A DNA stretch of 62,893 nt, filler included, from Myxococcota bacterium (lineage in GTDB: Bacteria > Myxococcota > Myxococcia > Myxococcales > Myxococcaceae), in NCBI GenBank assembly GCA_049322255.1. It is 6 parts of 6 records of this genome, joined end to end, with 100 filler letters (N's around TTAATTAATTAA, not from the genome) between each part and the next. Parts side by side here need not be neighbours in the genome. Positions count along the whole stretch, not along the records: positions 59,542 to 61,189 come from JBMORE010000105.1; positions 61,290 to 62,893 come from JBMORE010000108.1; 4 more parts are not named here. The stretch is one strand, 5' to 3'. The notes under the pieces are model-generated. The model made no database searches. It was not told where the DNA came from and saw only the letters and a list, made by a program, of their open reading frames with translations. The position numbers and the translations under genes are program-made. Of the stretch, positions 60,619 to 62,893 are shown piece after piece. Numbering within the stretch: the stretch's first letter is position 1; each line of letters starts with the position of its first letter.

Positions 60619-61189
60619 ATGGAGTCGACGACCACCTGGGAAGTTCCACGCGAGCACTGGGCGACCTACCTCTCGCAAGTCGCGGCGCTGCAAAAGGACC
60701 GGCCGGTGAAGGTCGAGCTCGTCGGGCCTGAGCTGGGGGAGCAAACCCTCACCCGCCTCGCCCGTCTGCGCAGCCTGCTCGCTGAACGCAAAGGAGCGGC
60801 GGCGGGCTCCATCGAGCTCGACCTGGGGTTGAACGGCGAGCTCGACCATCGAATCATCCACCCGGTCCGTCTGTACGCCATCGAAGCTCCGACCGGACAG
60901 CTCGAGTGCCTGGACATCGAGGACGAGAGCAGGACGAAGACGCTCATTCGCTTCCTGCAGCCGCTGTCCCTGGGGGCGGGCACCCGGGGGCGCCCCTCCC
61001 GCGCGCGTGAGGTGCTGGCACGCGACTACATGACCTCACCGCCGCTCGTGATTCGCGCCGGACAGTCTGCTTCCCAAGCGCTCGAGCTGATGCAGCGCCA
61101 CGGCATTCGGCACCTTCCCGTGGTCGACCCGACGGAGCACCTTTTGGGCGTCGTCTCCGACCGCGACCTCTACGCTTCCAAATACGGCG
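60619..61189 (+). CDS. DUF5335-like + CBS domain protein, 3' partial
   Basis: EVPREHW..YL..V..EL..DH.I.HP; then MT.PP..IRHLPVVD..GVVSDRD; GGAGG SD. Confidence 0.8.
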
Positions 61190-61289
61190 NNNNNNNNNNN
61201 NNNNNNNNNNNNNNNNNNNNNNNNNNNNNNNNNTTAATTAATTAANNNNNNNNNNNNNNNNNNNNNNNNNNNNNNNNNNNNNNNNNNNN
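61190..61289. other. Artificial contig linker
   Basis: N run with TTAATTAATTAA at 61234-61245. Confidence 0.98.
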
Positions 61290-61419
61290 TCCTCGGATTT
61301 CGAGGCTTGATTCGCGGCGACCAGCGGAGAGACATGGGCGTTACCTCCGCCCATGACAGATCATTTTTCCACGCCGACGTCGATCCCCTTGGCGCCTAAC
61401 GGGATCAGCTCTCTAGGGG

Positions 61420-62166
61420 CTATTTGCCCAGGAGGCGCTTCACCTTGTCCTTGTCTTCGGAGAAGGAGAAGCGCTTGTAGAGCTGGAACGCGTTCTGCCG
61501 GTCCACCAGCTTGTCCTTGGTGATGGCTACCACTTCGACTTTCTGCTCGGAGAAGGCCATCAAGTCCACGAGCTTCCCCACCTGGGCGGTGGTGAAGTAG
61601 GCGCTGTCGGCGGCCGTGCGCAACACGCCCACTTTCTGCTCAGCAAAACCCTCGTCTTCGATGGCCTCGCACAGGGAGGCAAAGTCGCCATCGCCCATCG
61701 GGTAGACCGCGGGCGCGGCGGGAGGAGGGGGCGGAGGCGGTGGCGCCTCTTCGTGCACGTGGAGGTTGATCGCAGCCGATCCGCTCGCCCCATGGACGGA
61801 GAGCACCCCTACTTGACCGGCCTTGGCCTCAATCTTTTTCTCGAAGACGCTTCCGTCGGGCAGATAGACCACCACTTTGTAGAAGCGGTCGGGCTTGGGC
61901 TCGAAGCTGAAGGGAACCTCGAAGGCGCGCCGAAACCCGTTGTCCCCCAACACCTCACAGCGGGCGCCCTCGGGCTCGACGACCTTGAGCAGCGTCCGTC
62001 GCTGCCGGTCCGTCTCGTAGCGAAGCTCGTATGCGTCACCGGCGACGGTGGTGGAGACGCTCGAACGCTGCCCGGTGGTGCCGTCGTCGATGTTGACATT
62101 GAGGTTGAAGCCTTGCGCCAGCGCAGAAGCTCCGGCCAGCGCGGCGAGAAGCGCCAAGTACCGCAT
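61420..62166 (-). CDS. Secreted DUF4476-domain protein
   Basis: Signal peptide, poly-Pro linker, M...DF..L...I...F...K..FT.AQV..F...K..VD.QN. Confidence 0.85.
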   Translation of the reverse strand: MRYLALLAALAGASALAQGFNLNVNIDDGTTGQRSSVSTTVAGDAYELRYETDRQRRTLLKVVEPEGARCEVLGDNGFRRAFEVPFSFEPKPDRFYKVVVYLPDGSVFEKKIEAKAGQVGVLSVHGASGSAAINLHVHEEAPPPPPPPPAAPAVYPMGDGDFASLCEAIEDEGFAEQKVGVLRTAADSAYFTTAQVGKLVDLMAFSEQKVEVVAITKDKLVDRQNAFQLYKRFSFSEDKDKVKRLLGK

Positions 62167-62270
62167 CGTGTTTTCCTCCGAGAGGGGTGTCGACAGTGAC
62201 AGCCGGCTGACGTCCTAGCAGGCGAGGCTATTCAGCGTCGAACCCACTTTCCTGTTATGAGGCCGCCCCC

Positions 62271-62831
62271 ATGAACGCCTCCGACGCCTCTCTGCGCCAG
62301 CCAGACCGGAGCTTCTTCGTCTTCAACGCCGTGGTATCGACGGCGGCGCTCGCCTTCTTGGCCTGGCTCTTGGTCGTCCGCCGAGGCTCAGGAGGCAGCG
62401 GGTGGGACTTGCGCTTCTTGCCGGCGGTGAATGCTGCTCTCAACTCCACTGCGTCCGTGCTTCTCCTGGCCGGATGGGTGGCGATTCGCCGCGGAGCGCA
62501 CCGTGCGCACAAATACTTCATGGTCTCGGCGCTGGTGGCCTCGGCGCTCTTCCTCGTTTGCTACGTCGCCTACCACTACGTGCACGGTGACACCAAGTTC
62601 ACCGGCGTGGGCACCGTGCGCGCGGTGTACTTCTTCGTGCTCGTCACCCACGTGGTGCTCTCCATCGGTGTGGTGCCCTTGGCGCTCACCGCGCTGTGGT
62701 TCGCCGCTCGCGGGCAGTTCGCCCGCCACAAGAAAGTCACCCGCTGGGCGCTGCCCATCTGGCTCTACGTTTCGGTGACCGGGGTAGTCATCTACTTCAT
62801 GCTGCGCGGCAGTACTCCAGCGGTGGGCTGA
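62271..62831 (+). CDS. DUF420 membrane protein
   Basis: LPAVNAALN, HK.FM, FLV.YV.YH, HKK..RW..PIWLYVSVTGV. Confidence 0.92.
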   Translation: MNASDASLRQPDRSFFVFNAVVSTAALAFLAWLLVVRRGSGGSGWDLRFLPAVNAALNSTASVLLLAGWVAIRRGAHRAHKYFMVSALVASALFLVCYVAYHYVHGDTKFTGVGTVRAVYFFVLVTHVVLSIGVVPLALTALWFAARGQFARHKKVTRWALPIWLYVSVTGVVIYFMLRGSTPAVG

Positions 62832-62893
62832 TGCGCGCCTGGCCTCTCTTCTTCGCGCCCCACCCGCTCGCAAGCCGAGGAATGAAGTTCTAG

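Noticed and set aside
62831..62893. Short ORF after DUF420
   Set aside because: 20 codons at the window edge; no support.

Overview
This is a high-GC myxobacterial window (Myxococcaceae/Archangiaceae-like, inferred from MYXO-CTERM-type tails, Cys-rich lipoproteins and a VegA-like protein). It is an artificial concatenation of six contigs joined by N-TTAATTAATTAA-N linkers, plus one plain 100-N gap. Contig 1 (1-27604) holds mreC-mreD-mrdA-rodA, an AAA/DUF4143 ATPase, trxA/AT-hook protein/mgtE, ccsA-hemA-hemC-hemD, an NlpC/P60 lipoprotein, a broken gene, a matrixin-type protease and a GspE/PilB ATPase. It continues with a DUF559 endonuclease, an aroyl-CoA monooxygenase/OYE fusion, a degenerate signal peptidase and a 5'-nucleotidase/OB-fold lipoprotein/outer-membrane barrel operon. 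Contig 2 (27705-55170) holds glpK, a giant Ig-rich metalloprotease, an esterase, hemF, a TPR-PEGA/propeller/pseudokinase operon, vapBC, a di-heme cytochrome c, mazEF-like and Uma2 genes. It ends with a CBS-acsA-pdhA-pdhB-E2-ACP operon, an orphan histidine kinase, VIT1 and the gpsA 3' end. The small contigs carry a GT4 glycosyltransferase, rnhB, the gpsA 5' part, DUF5335-CBS, DUF4476 and DUF420. The most notable signal is a ~35-bp hairpin repeat (CCCCTCACCCT-NN-CCCTCTCCC-N3/4-GGGAGAGGG). It flanks the DUF559 nuclease as an inverted pair and recurs as solo copies at three other gene junctions, some read in frame, which is a REP/RAYT-like architecture built around a different nuclease. No rRNA, tRNA or CRISPR array was seen. 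All calls come from motif recognition by eye; no database search was run.
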